Source: Rhodospirillaceae bacterium
Lineage (GTDB): Bacteria > Pseudomonadota > Alphaproteobacteria > SHVP01
Direction: 5' to 3'
Length of the DNA stretch: 64,000 bases
Assembly (NCBI GenBank): GCA_002722055.1
Contig: PBKD01000014.1
Location: forward strand, 16,533-80,532
A program made the position numbers and the translations under genes. The notes under the pieces were generated by a model that did not search any database, was not told the origin of the DNA, and saw only the letters and a program-made list of their open reading frames with translations. Numbering within the stretch: the stretch's first letter is position 1; each line of letters starts with the position of its first letter. Below, in pieces: positions 20,155 to 30,232 of this stretch.

Positions 20155-21276
20155 ATGCCTAAGCCTGGATATCACGGAATTATGCCTGACATAAGCCATG
20201 ATGAAAATGCATTGATGGATTTTGTTGGTAGTTTTAAAAGTTATGTAACCTCAGATATTCAAAGTGGAAACAAAGAAGTTTATGAAAAATTAATTGTTCC
20301 AAAATTTAATAAAACTCATTCTCGAAACCCAAAAGACCGGCATGAAGTTCATAAAGAAATGAGAAAGCAGAATTATTGGCAATTCTCAGGTTCTTTATCT
20401 CGTCTATATCAAGAGTTAAAGCAAGAAGCGAGCGATATTAATGTTTACAGACAAGCCGACTTACTTGCAAAAAAAGCAAAGTCCTTTAGATCAAAAAATT
20501 CTAAAAGCACCTTGGAACTGAATCCTAAATTAAAAGTTCCAAAGTATCTATCTGCTGTTGATATCCACCTTCTTCCAGGATGTTATTATACCGAAAGAAC
20601 TAAAGATGATGTAACTGCAGGCGCAATGTACGACCCTGGGGTTTATATGTTTGCCCTTGGCTCTATGGGAAAATATAATGAGGATATGGGTGAAGCTGTT
20701 ATAAGGTGGCTTGAAAAAAATCATCCAGATTTATCTCCAGATCAAATACTTGATATGGGGTGTTCTGTTGGTCACTGTACATTACCATATGCTCAGAAAT
20801 TTCCTCAATCAGAAATCACTGCAATTGATATTGGAGCACCTGTGCTAAGGTATGCACAAGCTCGATCTGAGAGTTTAGGTTATAGAATACATTTCAAACA
20901 ACAAAATGCTGAAAAAACTAAATTTAAAGACGAGTCATTTGATCTGATTGTTTCGCACATTTTACTTCATGAAACATCAAGAAAAGCAACTTACAACATA
21001 ATGAAAGAGTGCTATAGACTATTAAAACCTGGAGGGATTGTTGTTCATGCAGATGTGCCGATAAATAATAAAAAGCTTGACCCTTTTAATGCTTTCACTA
21101 GAGACTGGAGCACTCATTATAACGCAGAACCATTCTGGGGAACCTTACACGATATGGATTTAAATGACCCAGCTCTATCTGCAGGTTTTAATTCAAAAAA
21201 AATATTTATAGATAATGCCCCTAAAATTAAAGATTCAAAAATGCCACCATGGCTTGTTTTCGGAGCAATAAAATAG
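20155..21276 (+). CDS. Class I SAM-dependent methyltransferase with long N-terminal extension (paralogue A)
   Basis: ILDMGCSVG, AIDIG, FDLIVSHILLHE, RLLKPGG. Confidence 0.85.
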   Translation: MPKPGYHGIMPDISHDENALMDFVGSFKSYVTSDIQSGNKEVYEKLIVPKFNKTHSRNPKDRHEVHKEMRKQNYWQFSGSLSRLYQELKQEASDINVYRQADLLAKKAKSFRSKNSKSTLELNPKLKVPKYLSAVDIHLLPGCYYTERTKDDVTAGAMYDPGVYMFALGSMGKYNEDMGEAVIRWLEKNHPDLSPDQILDMGCSVGHCTLPYAQKFPQSEITAIDIGAPVLRYAQARSESLGYRIHFKQQNAEKTKFKDESFDLIVSHILLHETSRKATYNIMKECYRLLKPGGIVVHADVPINNKKLDPFNAFTRDWSTHYNAEPFWGTLHDMDLNDPALSAGFNSKKIFIDNAPKIKDSKMPPWLVFGAIK

Positions 21277-21324
21277 AATTAGTTACTACAAACTACAGAT
21301 AAACTTTTAAAAAATTTTTAAGAA

Positions 21325-22329
21325 TTATAAATCTTTTATTGTTTTTAACAAATCAGAATTAATTTCTCTAGGCTCATTTGACAATCGATTTTTATATCTC
21401 CTTTCACCAGGAAGCCTTAGGTCTTTACCCGGCAGACCTGATAAACGATTGAAAAATTCATCACAGTGTTCTTGCCAATTATCTATAGCTATTACTTCTG
21501 GGGATAAAGCTAATAAGAATTGGCCACCTATAGGAGGACCCCCATCCCCAATATCCTTATCTTTAGTTTCATCTGAAAAAGTCTCACCTATTAAGCCAGC
21601 AGTAAGTAACTCAACCATCAGAGACAAACCATAACCTTTATGTCCTCCAAATGGCAGCAGAACTCCACCATCTACTATTTTTTTCGGATCTTTTGTTAAC
21701 TGCCCTGTTGCATCAAGACCTGTTCCCTCAGGAACTTCATGTCCATCTCGAGCTGCAACTTGGACTTCACCCATTGCCATTGCAGCAGTCGCCATATCAT
21801 AAACAACATGATTTTTTCCTGGCCTAGGCCAAGCAAATGCAATTGGGTTCGTCCCAAAAAAAGCTTTAGTTGCTCCCACTGGGGCTACAAATGGCAAATA
21901 GTTTGTGCATGCTAGTCCAGCTAAATTATGATCTGCAATGGCCTCAACTTCTGGCCATAAAGCGGCCATATGAACACACCGATTAATTGCAGCTACGGCC
22001 ACACCATTAGTTTGCGCAGCCTTAGCTAACTCAGGTATAACCAAAGCATGAGCTGTTGGAGCCAAACCTGACTGAGCATCAACTCTTATTAATGATGGGG
22101 TAATATGAGATAATTCAGGTCTAGCAGTTGGATTTATCTTACCAGACTTAAGACTATTTATATAAGCAGGTAATCTGAATAAACCATGAGAAATGGAGCC
22201 ATCTCGTTCAGCATGTTTTATAGTTTTGGATAGAATAGAAGCATTGTGTTCATCAGCCCCAGCATTTATAAGTTTTTCAAATGCCAATTCGTAAATTTCA
22301 TCTAGGGTTAAATATTCATTCTCACTCAT
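21325..22329 (-). CDS. Ldh_2 family oxidoreductase (ComC/AllD/DpkA superfamily)
   Basis: SHGLFRLP, GTNPIAFAWP, DMATAA, PFGGHKG, RLPGERR. Confidence 0.9.
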   Translation of the reverse strand: MSENEYLTLDEIYELAFEKLINAGADEHNASILSKTIKHAERDGSISHGLFRLPAYINSLKSGKINPTARPELSHITPSLIRVDAQSGLAPTAHALVIPELAKAAQTNGVAVAAINRCVHMAALWPEVEAIADHNLAGLACTNYLPFVAPVGATKAFFGTNPIAFAWPRPGKNHVVYDMATAAMAMGEVQVAARDGHEVPEGTGLDATGQLTKDPKKIVDGGVLLPFGGHKGYGLSLMVELLTAGLIGETFSDETKDKDIGDGGPPIGGQFLLALSPEVIAIDNWQEHCDEFFNRLSGLPGKDLRLPGERRYKNRLSNEPREINSDLLKTIKDL

Positions 22330-22364
22330 TTGATTACTTCCTTATTATATTTATTAATTAATTT

Positions 22365-22486
22365 AAATTAGATGATAAACTGTTATTATGAATTATTGAA
22401 TTAAATAATCTTAAAAAATAATATAAAATTAGATGATAAACTGTTATTATGAATTGTTGAATTAAATAATCTTAAAAAATAATATA
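22365..22486. repeat. 61-bp tandem duplication (2 copies, 1 mismatch)
   Basis: AAATTAGATGATAAACTGTTATTATGAATT[A/G]TTGAATTAAATAATCTTAAAAAATAATATA at 22365-22425 and 22426-22486. Confidence 0.95.
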
Positions 22487-22500
22487 AAAACGGTATTCTT

Positions 22501-23769
22501 TTGAAACAATTTTCGACTTGGCAAGTATTAAAAAATGGGTTTATCAATCAAAAGGGTTGGAAACGACAATGGGAGGATGCTGCTCCTAAAAAAAACTATG
22601 ATATCATAATTGTTGGAGGCGGATTGCATGGACTAGCAACTGCATATTATTTAGCAAAGAACTTCAAACTTAAAAATATTGCAGTTTTAGAAAAAAACTG
22701 GATTGGAGGAGGTAATGCTGGCCGTAATACAACAATTATTAGGTCAAATTATATGCTAAAAGGAAATAGAGAATTCTATGAACATTCTCTAAAACTTTGG
22801 GAAAATCTTAGTCATGAATTAAACTATAATGTTATGTTCAGCCAAAGATCCCATGTTAGCCTTTACCATTCCCCTTCCGCTATTGATAATGCTTCAAGGC
22901 GCTATAACATAATGCTTAATACTGGCTCTGATGCTGAACTATGGTCACTTAAAACTCTTAAGAAAAAAATTCCACATTTAAATTATTCTGATGACTCTAG
23001 GTTCCCAATATATGGAGCATTAGTTCAAAAGCGAGCCGGAACGGCTAGACATGATGCAGTTGCTTGGGGATACGCAAGAGCAGCCAATAACTTAGGTGTA
23101 GATATTATTCAAAATTGTGAGGTTAATGGAGTGATAACAAAAAATAATAACATTGTATCTCTCAATACTTCAAAGGGGAATATTCAAGGTGGAAAAGTTG
23201 GATTTGCAGTAGCTGGCCACTCTTCGATACTTTGGCAGATGGCTAACTTAGGGAATCTTCCTATTGAGAGTCATAAGCTACAAGCATTTGTGACTGAACC
23301 AATTAAGCCTCTACTAGATCAAGTAGTCGTATTTAGTGTAGGTGGCGCTCATTTCTATATATCTCAATCAGATAAAGGTGGATTAGTTTTTGGGGGGGAT
23401 ATTGACTGGTACAAATCTTATGCCCAAAAAGGAAATTTACCAATTGTACAAGATGTTGCGGAATGCGCAATATCTGTTCTTCCTTGTATTAGCCGTTTAA
23501 AATTGTTACGTCATTGGTCCGGTGTTGTGGATATGTCAATGGACGGGTCGTTCTTTATCTGCAAAACACCCTTAAATAATCTCTATCTCAATGCAGGTTG
23601 GAATTATGGTGGATTTAAAGCAAGTCCGGCCTCAGGTTGGTATTTTGCAGATCTAATTGCCAATGATAGACCAAATAGAGTTATTCAAAATCATAATTTA
23701 AAACGGTTTGAAAAAGGTTATCAGATTGATGAAAGAGGAGCAGGACCAGACCCTAAATTGCATGGTTAA
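22501..23769 (+). CDS. soxB: Sarcosine oxidase family subunit beta
   Basis: GGGLHGLATAYYLA, GRNTTIIRSNY, GTARHDAVAWGYA, GGFKA. Confidence 0.93.
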   Translation: MKQFSTWQVLKNGFINQKGWKRQWEDAAPKKNYDIIIVGGGLHGLATAYYLAKNFKLKNIAVLEKNWIGGGNAGRNTTIIRSNYMLKGNREFYEHSLKLWENLSHELNYNVMFSQRSHVSLYHSPSAIDNASRRYNIMLNTGSDAELWSLKTLKKKIPHLNYSDDSRFPIYGALVQKRAGTARHDAVAWGYARAANNLGVDIIQNCEVNGVITKNNNIVSLNTSKGNIQGGKVGFAVAGHSSILWQMANLGNLPIESHKLQAFVTEPIKPLLDQVVVFSVGGAHFYISQSDKGGLVFGGDIDWYKSYAQKGNLPIVQDVAECAISVLPCISRLKLLRHWSGVVDMSMDGSFFICKTPLNNLYLNAGWNYGGFKASPASGWYFADLIANDRPNRVIQNHNLKRFEKGYQIDERGAGPDPKLHG

Positions 23770-23778
23770 GAAATTATA

Positions 23779-24063
23779 ATGATAATAATTAAGTGTCCAT
23801 TTTGTGGCTCAAGAGGTCATAATGAATTTAAATATGGAGGTGACGGAAGCATAAAATATCCTGATCTTCATGATCCCATCACCGATTGGCATGATGCAGT
23901 TTTTCAGCGAAAAAATATTGCTGGCATTCAAACTGAAACCTGGCAACATATCCATGGATGCAGAATGTGGCTTTTAGTAGATAGAGACACGTTGACACAT
24001 AAAATTATATCAGTACGTCCAGCGAATCCTAATATAATTAATATTTTAGAAAAAAATTCATGA
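23779..24063 (+). CDS. soxD: Sarcosine oxidase family subunit delta
   Basis: CPFCGSR..EF.YGG and W.H..GC zinc ligands. Confidence 0.93.
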   Translation: MIIIKCPFCGSRGHNEFKYGGDGSIKYPDLHDPITDWHDAVFQRKNIAGIQTETWQHIHGCRMWLLVDRDTLTHKIISVRPANPNIINILEKNS

Positions 24064-26978
24064 CAATACAAAGAGTAAATAAAGATAATAAAAATGCTAT
24101 TTCTTTTTATTGGAATGGAAAATTATTGAAAGGGAAAAAAGGAGACACTCTTTCAGCAGCATTGCTAGCAAATAATAAATTATTTATAGCTAGAAGTTTT
24201 AAATATCACAGGCCAAGAGGAATCACATCTTCTGGAGTAGAAGAAGGAGCATTAGTTACTTTAGGTAAAAATGCATCTACTGAACCAAATGTTAACCCAT
24301 CTACTACCGAGTTATATAATAACCTTGAAGCTTTTTCTCAAAACGCTTGGCCTTCCCTCTATTTTGATTTTGGATACATATTAAATTTTCTAAGTAAATT
24401 TTTTGCGGCAGGTTTTTACTATAAAATGTTTATTGGCATTCCACCTTTTGAATGGGGAAAAGGAACTTCAGCGTGGATGTTTTTTGAAAAATATATCAGG
24501 AAAATAGCTGGTTTTGGAAAAGCATCGAGACAAAAAGATCCAAGCGATTATGACAATCTAAATTCTTTTATTGATATATTAGTTATTGGCTCAGGCCCAT
24601 CCGGCATTAACGCAGCTCTATCTGCTTCTAAAGCTGGTTTTGACGTCATGTTAGTAGAACAAGATTTTGAGTTAGGCGGAAACTATCTGAACCACCAAAA
24701 TAAACATAAATTAAATTTATTAAAAGAACAATTACTTAAATATCACGTAAAACTAAAAACAAGAACTACTGCTTTTGGAATTTATGACGATAAATGTGTT
24801 GCCCTAGTTGAAAAATTTGATCCATCACAAATAAGTAAAAATAAAATAAGACAAAGACTACACATATGTCGTGCAAAAAAAATTATTCTTGCAACTGGAG
24901 CAATTGAAAGAACATATGCTTTTGGCAATAATGACCTTCCAGGAATAATGACTGTTAATGCAGGAAAATCTTACCTAAACAGATACAAAATATTAGTTGG
25001 AAAAAAAATAATTATTTCCACAAATAATGACTCCGTTTATGAAACTGCTCTTGAATTAAATAATGCAGGTGCGAACGTAGTTATTCTTGATGCTAGAGCG
25101 CAACTCAGTAATTCACAAAATAATTTAATTAAAAATTCTAATATTAGACTTTTGTTGAATACTGTTGTGCATAGAGCATTAGGCAAGAAGTGCGTAAAGT
25201 TAGTTGAAACAGCTAAAGAAAAAAATAGCAAATGGCAAAAATCAATTAGAATTAATTGTGATTGTTTATTAATTTCAGCAGGGTGGTCTCCTGTAATACA
25301 TTTAGCGGCACCTCATAGTGAAAAGCCAGTATGGAGTCATGAACAAGCCTGTTTTTTACCAGGAAAAAATAACCAGGATATTATTTTTGTTGGCTCTGCT
25401 GCAGGTATCTGGAATACATTAAATTGTGAAAAGTCAGGTAATATTGTAAACGAAAATAAATTAAATCAAAAGAGTGAAAAAAATTCGGTTTTACCTTTAT
25501 TTCAAACACCAATAAATAACAATAAATCTAAAAATTTTGTTGACTTTCAACATGATGTAACTATTTCTGACATAAAACTCGCTCATCAAGAAGGCTTTAC
25601 TTCTGTTGAACATTTGAAACGATACACAACTCTTGGTATGGCTTCAGATCAAGGAAAAAATGGTAATATAATTGGTTTAGCCATTATGGGCTCTGCACTA
25701 AATAAAGAAATTAATGAGGTGGGCACATCAAAATTTCGTCCTCCATATACTCCAGTTACTATTGGTGCACTTGCATCAAGAAATAAAGATGAAGGATTCA
25801 AATTAATGAGAAGAACTCCTTTTCATGAATGGAACAAAACAAAAAATTGCGTCATGATTGAAACAGGGTTATGGCAAAGGCCCTGGTTCTATCCATTTGA
25901 AAGTCAAAAATTAGAAGACGCATCTTGTAATGAAGTAAAAATTACTAGAAAAAATGTTGGCATATGTGACGTCAGCACATTAGGAAAAATAATGCTCCAA
26001 GGCCCAGATGCTTCCATATTTTTAGATAATATTTACATAAACTCATTTAGCAAATTATCTGTTGGTAAAGCTCGATATGGTATTATGCTAAGAGATGATG
26101 GTTTTATTTTAGATGATGGAACTGTTTGGAGAATTTCTGAGGATTGTTACTTAATTACTACAACCACAAACCAAGCTGGTATTGTAATGAGTTGGCTAGA
26201 AGAACTATCACAAGTACGCTGGCCAGATTTGCAAATTCACCTTACATCTGTAACAGACCAATGGGCTGGTTGCGCCATAGCTGGGCCAAAAAGTCGAAAA
26301 GTTATTGAACAACTTGCAATTAATAAAGAAGAAGTTTCTGACGAAAACCTACCATTTATGGGGGTTAAAAAATTAAAAATAGAAACAATTGAGTGTTTGA
26401 TAGCAAGAATTAGCTTTTCTGGTGAACTTGCTTATGAAGTTTATATACCAAGTGACTTTGCAAATTCATTAATTGAAAAAATATGGGAGGAAGCATCTAA
26501 TTTTAATGGATGTTTATATGGCTCTGAAGCTCTTGGTACCATGAGAATAGAAAAAGGTCATGTTGGAGGATCAGAGTTAGACGGAAGGGTAACTGTAGAT
26601 GATATTCAACTCAACAAAATGATTTCCAAAAAAAAATCTTTTATTGGAAACACTCTTCGTTTAAGAGAAGGTCTTATTAAACCAGGAAGACCAAGACTTG
26701 TAGGTATTTTCCCAATTGATAAAAATTCTAAGTTTAAGAGTGGTGGCCTCTTATACACTTCTGAGAAAATATCAGGTTATCCAATAGGTTGGGTAACTTC
26801 AGCAACTTATTCTCCAATGATGGGGCACTATATTGGTCTAGGTTTTATTGAAAATGGGCTTGATCGTTCAATTAATGAAGAAATAATTTTGATAGACAAG
26901 TTAAAGTCAATAAAAATTCCAGTAGATATTGTATCACCGCAAATGTATGACCCGGAAGGAAAAAAACTTAATGTATAA
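24060..26978 (+). CDS. soxA: Sarcosine oxidase family subunit alpha
   Basis: RSFKYHRPRG, AGFYYK, EHLKRYTTLGM..DQGK, GcvT-like C-terminus (DVSTLGK, RISFSGELAYE). Confidence 0.94.
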   Translation: MTIQRVNKDNKNAISFYWNGKLLKGKKGDTLSAALLANNKLFIARSFKYHRPRGITSSGVEEGALVTLGKNASTEPNVNPSTTELYNNLEAFSQNAWPSLYFDFGYILNFLSKFFAAGFYYKMFIGIPPFEWGKGTSAWMFFEKYIRKIAGFGKASRQKDPSDYDNLNSFIDILVIGSGPSGINAALSASKAGFDVMLVEQDFELGGNYLNHQNKHKLNLLKEQLLKYHVKLKTRTTAFGIYDDKCVALVEKFDPSQISKNKIRQRLHICRAKKIILATGAIERTYAFGNNDLPGIMTVNAGKSYLNRYKILVGKKIIISTNNDSVYETALELNNAGANVVILDARAQLSNSQNNLIKNSNIRLLLNTVVHRALGKKCVKLVETAKEKNSKWQKSIRINCDCLLISAGWSPVIHLAAPHSEKPVWSHEQACFLPGKNNQDIIFVGSAAGIWNTLNCEKSGNIVNENKLNQKSEKNSVLPLFQTPINNNKSKNFVDFQHDVTISDIKLAHQEGFTSVEHLKRYTTLGMASDQGKNGNIIGLAIMGSALNKEINEVGTSKFRPPYTPVTIGALASRNKDEGFKLMRRTPFHEWNKTKNCVMIETGLWQRPWFYPFESQKLEDASCNEVKITRKNVGICDVSTLGKIMLQGPDASIFLDNIYINSFSKLSVGKARYGIMLRDDGFILDDGTVWRISEDCYLITTTTNQAGIVMSWLEELSQVRWPDLQIHLTSVTDQWAGCAIAGPKSRKVIEQLAINKEEVSDENLPFMGVKKLKIETIECLIARISFSGELAYEVYIPSDFANSLIEKIWEEASNFNGCLYGSEALGTMRIEKGHVGGSELDGRVTVDDIQLNKMISKKKSFIGNTLRLREGLIKPGRPRLVGIFPIDKNSKFKSGGLLYTSEKISGYPIGWVTSATYSPMMGHYIGLGFIENGLDRSINEEIILIDKLKSIKIPVDIVSPQMYDPEGKKLNV

Positions 26979-27540
26979 ATATTTAAAAAGAACAAATGCG
27001 CTTGATACTTACTTAACTCAAGGAATAAATAATAATGCCACAATTTTTTTTTCTATTGAACGTGAAATTAAAATTCAACAAATTGGAACATGGCATAAAA
27101 ATTTTAACGAGGTAGTAAATTACCTTAACTCTTTTATAACAAATAGTGACTGCGCAAAGCATGGTTTAGTAAATTTAGGTAAAAATTTTTGTATTATAAG
27201 AAATGAACCACTTAGATGGTGGATAATGGGAGATTCCGATAAGATTATTTCATCGTTAAATACAGAAAATGCTGTTAATTTAGATATTTCTCATAGTTGG
27301 GTAAAATTAAATATAAGTGGATTAAATTCAGAAAAGCTTCTTTTACATCATATCCCTCTAGACCTAAGAGATAAAAAATTTCCAATATTTAATTTCAAAT
27401 CATCTTCAATACATAACATAGGAGTTAAATTATTAAAAAATCAAAAAGGGTATTCTCTTTTTTTACCCAGAAGCTTCTCTGTATCTATATGGAAGCAATT
27501 AATAAAAACTGCAGATCAATACCAATATCAGATTAATTGA
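26971..27540 (+). CDS. soxG: Sarcosine oxidase family subunit gamma
   Basis: Position after soxA; DISHSW..ISG, PLDL, RSFS..W. In-frame ATG at 26971 overlaps the soxA stop. Confidence 0.8.
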   Translation: MYKYLKRTNALDTYLTQGINNNATIFFSIEREIKIQQIGTWHKNFNEVVNYLNSFITNSDCAKHGLVNLGKNFCIIRNEPLRWWIMGDSDKIISSLNTENAVNLDISHSWVKLNISGLNSEKLLLHHIPLDLRDKKFPIFNFKSSSIHNIGVKLLKNQKGYSLFLPRSFSVSIWKQLIKTADQYQYQIN

Positions 27541-27565
27541 CTTAAAAGAGTTTAAGAAATAATTC

Positions 27566-28441
27566 TTATAACTCTCTATGACTTACTTCAACTTCATAAT
27601 CTGAACTAATCAGAGAATTAGCTATTTCTTCTGCGACAAAGACTGAACGATGCTGACCCCCAGTACATCCTATTGAAATTGTCAAATATGCTTTTCCTTC
27701 AGCTTTGTAAAGGGGCAATAAGCTTGAAATCATATTACTTAAATTATCAAAAAAAGATTTGTACTCAGGGTCAGTCATTATATATTTTCCGACCTCACTA
27801 TCTCTACCTGTTTTTGATCGCAACGAATCATCATAAAAAGGGTTTTTTAAGAATCGAACATCAAATACCAAATCAGACTCTCTGGGAAGACCATTAGGAA
27901 AAGCAAAAGATTTAATACCTATAGCTATTGTATTAGTATCCTTGAGAGTATAATTACCACTTATTAGTTGCCTAAGATCATTTACACCCATCAAAGAGGT
28001 ATCAATTACCAAATTAGCTGTTTCTCTAAGTGGTTTAATTATCTCATTTTCAACCCTAATTCCATCAATAAGATTCGAATCCTTAGCTAAAGGATGTTTT
28101 CTTCTAGTTTTTGTATACCTCTGAGAGAGGGTGTTTTCATCACAATCTAAGAAAACTGTTTCTAATTTAAATTTTTCAATATTTTTAATTGACTCTAAAT
28201 CTTTAATAAAATTGATTGCATCAAAACTACTTGTTCTAATATTTAATCCAACAGCTATTGCTTTAGAACTGATTTTTTCCTCACCTAAATTAATTTTATT
28301 AAAGAAACCTAGCAGAAGTGAAACAGGAACATTGTCCATAGTTTCATAACCAAGATCCTCTAAAATTTTTAATACGGTAGACAGACCTGCTCCTGAACGT
28401 CCTGTCACAAATAAAATAAATAACTTCTCTTCATTAGACAC
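27566..28441 (-). CDS. rapZ: RNase adapter RapZ family P-loop protein
   Basis: VTGRSGAG, LEDLGY..DNVP, TRRKHPL, DVRFLKNP, IGCTGGQHRSV, HREL. Confidence 0.94.
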   Translation of the reverse strand: MSNEEKLFILFVTGRSGAGLSTVLKILEDLGYETMDNVPVSLLLGFFNKINLGEEKISSKAIAVGLNIRTSSFDAINFIKDLESIKNIEKFKLETVFLDCDENTLSQRYTKTRRKHPLAKDSNLIDGIRVENEIIKPLRETANLVIDTSLMGVNDLRQLISGNYTLKDTNTIAIGIKSFAFPNGLPRESDLVFDVRFLKNPFYDDSLRSKTGRDSEVGKYIMTDPEYKSFFDNLSNMISSLLPLYKAEGKAYLTISIGCTGGQHRSVFVAEEIANSLISSDYEVEVSHREL

Positions 28442-28552
28442 AAATGATTACCTATTTTTATTTTTAAATAACTTATCTAATTATAAATCAATAATTTACT
28501 TATGTTTAGTAAAATTTCTATAGAATCATAATATAATATTTCATATATTGAT

Positions 28553-29077
28553 ATGATGGTGAACAAAAATCTATTTTTATTAAGACATGCAAAATCTGAA
28601 TTAAACCCTGATTTTGACGATAAAGATAGAATTCTATCTACTAAAGGCGTTATAGACTCAGAATTAGTCGGACAATATCTTACTAAATTAGATTCTCAAC
28701 CTGAGTATATAATCTGCTCATCAGCAAAAAGAACATTGCAGACTTTTCAAATTATATCCGAGTTGTTGAGAAAAAAAACAGAGAATTACATTACAGACGA
28801 TTTATATAATGCTAGCCTAGAAGAGATTATAAAAATAATTAATGATATACCTGAAAACTTTCAGAATGTTATGTTAATAGGTCATAACCCTGGAATACAT
28901 AATATAGCAACGTATCTTTCTTCTCCATCTAAAGAAAGTATATATTTAAAATTACTGCAATCCTACCCAACTAGCACTTTATCTATTTTAAACTTCAACA
29001 TAGTTTCTTGGAATAAGGCAAGATATCAATCAGGAAAACTTATAGACCTCACAGAACCAAAAATTTTAAAGAAGTAG
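28553..29077 (+). CDS. sixA: SixA-type phosphohistidine phosphatase
   Basis: LLRHAKS, DRIL, SSAKRTLQT, IGHNPG. Confidence 0.88.
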   Translation: MMVNKNLFLLRHAKSELNPDFDDKDRILSTKGVIDSELVGQYLTKLDSQPEYIICSSAKRTLQTFQIISELLRKKTENYITDDLYNASLEEIIKIINDIPENFQNVMLIGHNPGIHNIATYLSSPSKESIYLKLLQSYPTSTLSILNFNIVSWNKARYQSGKLIDLTEPKILKK

Positions 29078-29185
29078 ATTAATCGTAATTTTAAAAAATA
29101 TTACAGAAATATTAAATTTTTCTAATTTATAAAATACAATCAATTAAAAAGTTGATTTAAAAAAAATAATATCTTAAAAAAAGTT

Positions 29186-30223
29186 ATGAAAATAGGAATT
29201 AACGGGGCTGGTAGGATTGGCAGACTGGTGATCAGAGCTGCGCTAGGAGGATTAAATAGAGACAACCTTGATCCAAATAAGAACCTGTCGGACTTTACAA
29301 TTGCCCATGTAAATGAGATGGCATGCCCTTTGGGAAGCACTGCTCACCTTTTAGAATTTGATAGTATCCATGGCAGATGGAATAAATCAATAACTCATGA
29401 CTTTAATAAAAAATTATTCATAGACAAAAGCGAAATTTCATATACTCAAGAAACTGAAATATCTGATGTCAAATGGGGAGACTTAGGGTGTGATATTGTT
29501 ATTGATTGCACAGGAAACCATAAAGAAATTTCCTCATTAAAAAATTATTTTAAAAGTGGTGTAAAAAAAGTTTTAGTATCAGCTCCTATAGACGACCCTA
29601 ATGTATTGAACTTAGTATACGGAATAAATCATGAAAAATATGACCCCAAAAAAAATGATATCATTACAGCTGCTTCATGCACAACAAATTGTTTAGCACC
29701 AATAATTAAAGTAATACATGAGAATATAGGGATTCAAAGGGGTCAGATCACTACAATACATAACCCTACTAATACAAATACTGTTATTGATAAACCTCAT
29801 AAAGATTTAAGAAGAGCACGGTCTTCTCTTATTTCACTTCAACCTACAACCACAGGAAGTGCAACTGCAATTGGATTAATATACCCTGAACTAGAAGAAA
29901 GATTAAATGGTCACGCAGTTCGAGTGCCAGTTCTTAATGCCAGCCTGACAGATTGTGTCCTACAGCTTGAATCAGAAACTAATAAAAGTGAAGTCAATGA
30001 ATTATTTCGAATTGCATCTCAATCTTACCTAAAAGGTATTTTAGGATTTGAAAATAGACCACTTGTCTCCTCTGATTATACCAACGATACTCGTAGTTCA
30101 ATAATTGATGGTTTGAGCACACTAATTACTGATAACTCTTTATTAAAAGTCTATGCGTGGTATGACAATGAAGTTGGATATGCTTGCAGAATGCTTGATC
30201 TTGTAAATCATATAAGACAGTAA
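29186..30223 (+). CDS. ArsJ-associated glyceraldehyde-3-phosphate dehydrogenase
   Basis: GINGAGRIG, AASCTTNCLAP, AHLLEFDSIHGRW, PTTTGSATAI, WYDNE; directly upstream of arsJ. Confidence 0.9.
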   Translation: MKIGINGAGRIGRLVIRAALGGLNRDNLDPNKNLSDFTIAHVNEMACPLGSTAHLLEFDSIHGRWNKSITHDFNKKLFIDKSEISYTQETEISDVKWGDLGCDIVIDCTGNHKEISSLKNYFKSGVKKVLVSAPIDDPNVLNLVYGINHEKYDPKKNDIITAASCTTNCLAPIIKVIHENIGIQRGQITTIHNPTNTNTVIDKPHKDLRRARSSLISLQPTTTGSATAIGLIYPELEERLNGHAVRVPVLNASLTDCVLQLESETNKSEVNELFRIASQSYLKGILGFENRPLVSSDYTNDTRSSIIDGLSTLITDNSLLKVYAWYDNEVGYACRMLDLVNHIRQ

Positions 30224-30232
30224 CTTAATTTT

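Noticed and set aside
15077..22329. Complete canonical purine/allantoin degradation cluster
   Set aside because: No uricase, HIU hydrolase, OHCU decarboxylase or allantoicase in the window; the genes are interspersed with unrelated ones
22365..22486. CRISPR array
   Set aside because: Only two directly abutting copies, no spacers and no cas genes
29186..30223. Housekeeping glycolytic gapA
   Set aside because: Coupled to arsJ, carries subfamily motifs (HLLEFDS.HGRW, TTTGSATAI), and has no pgk or tkt nearby
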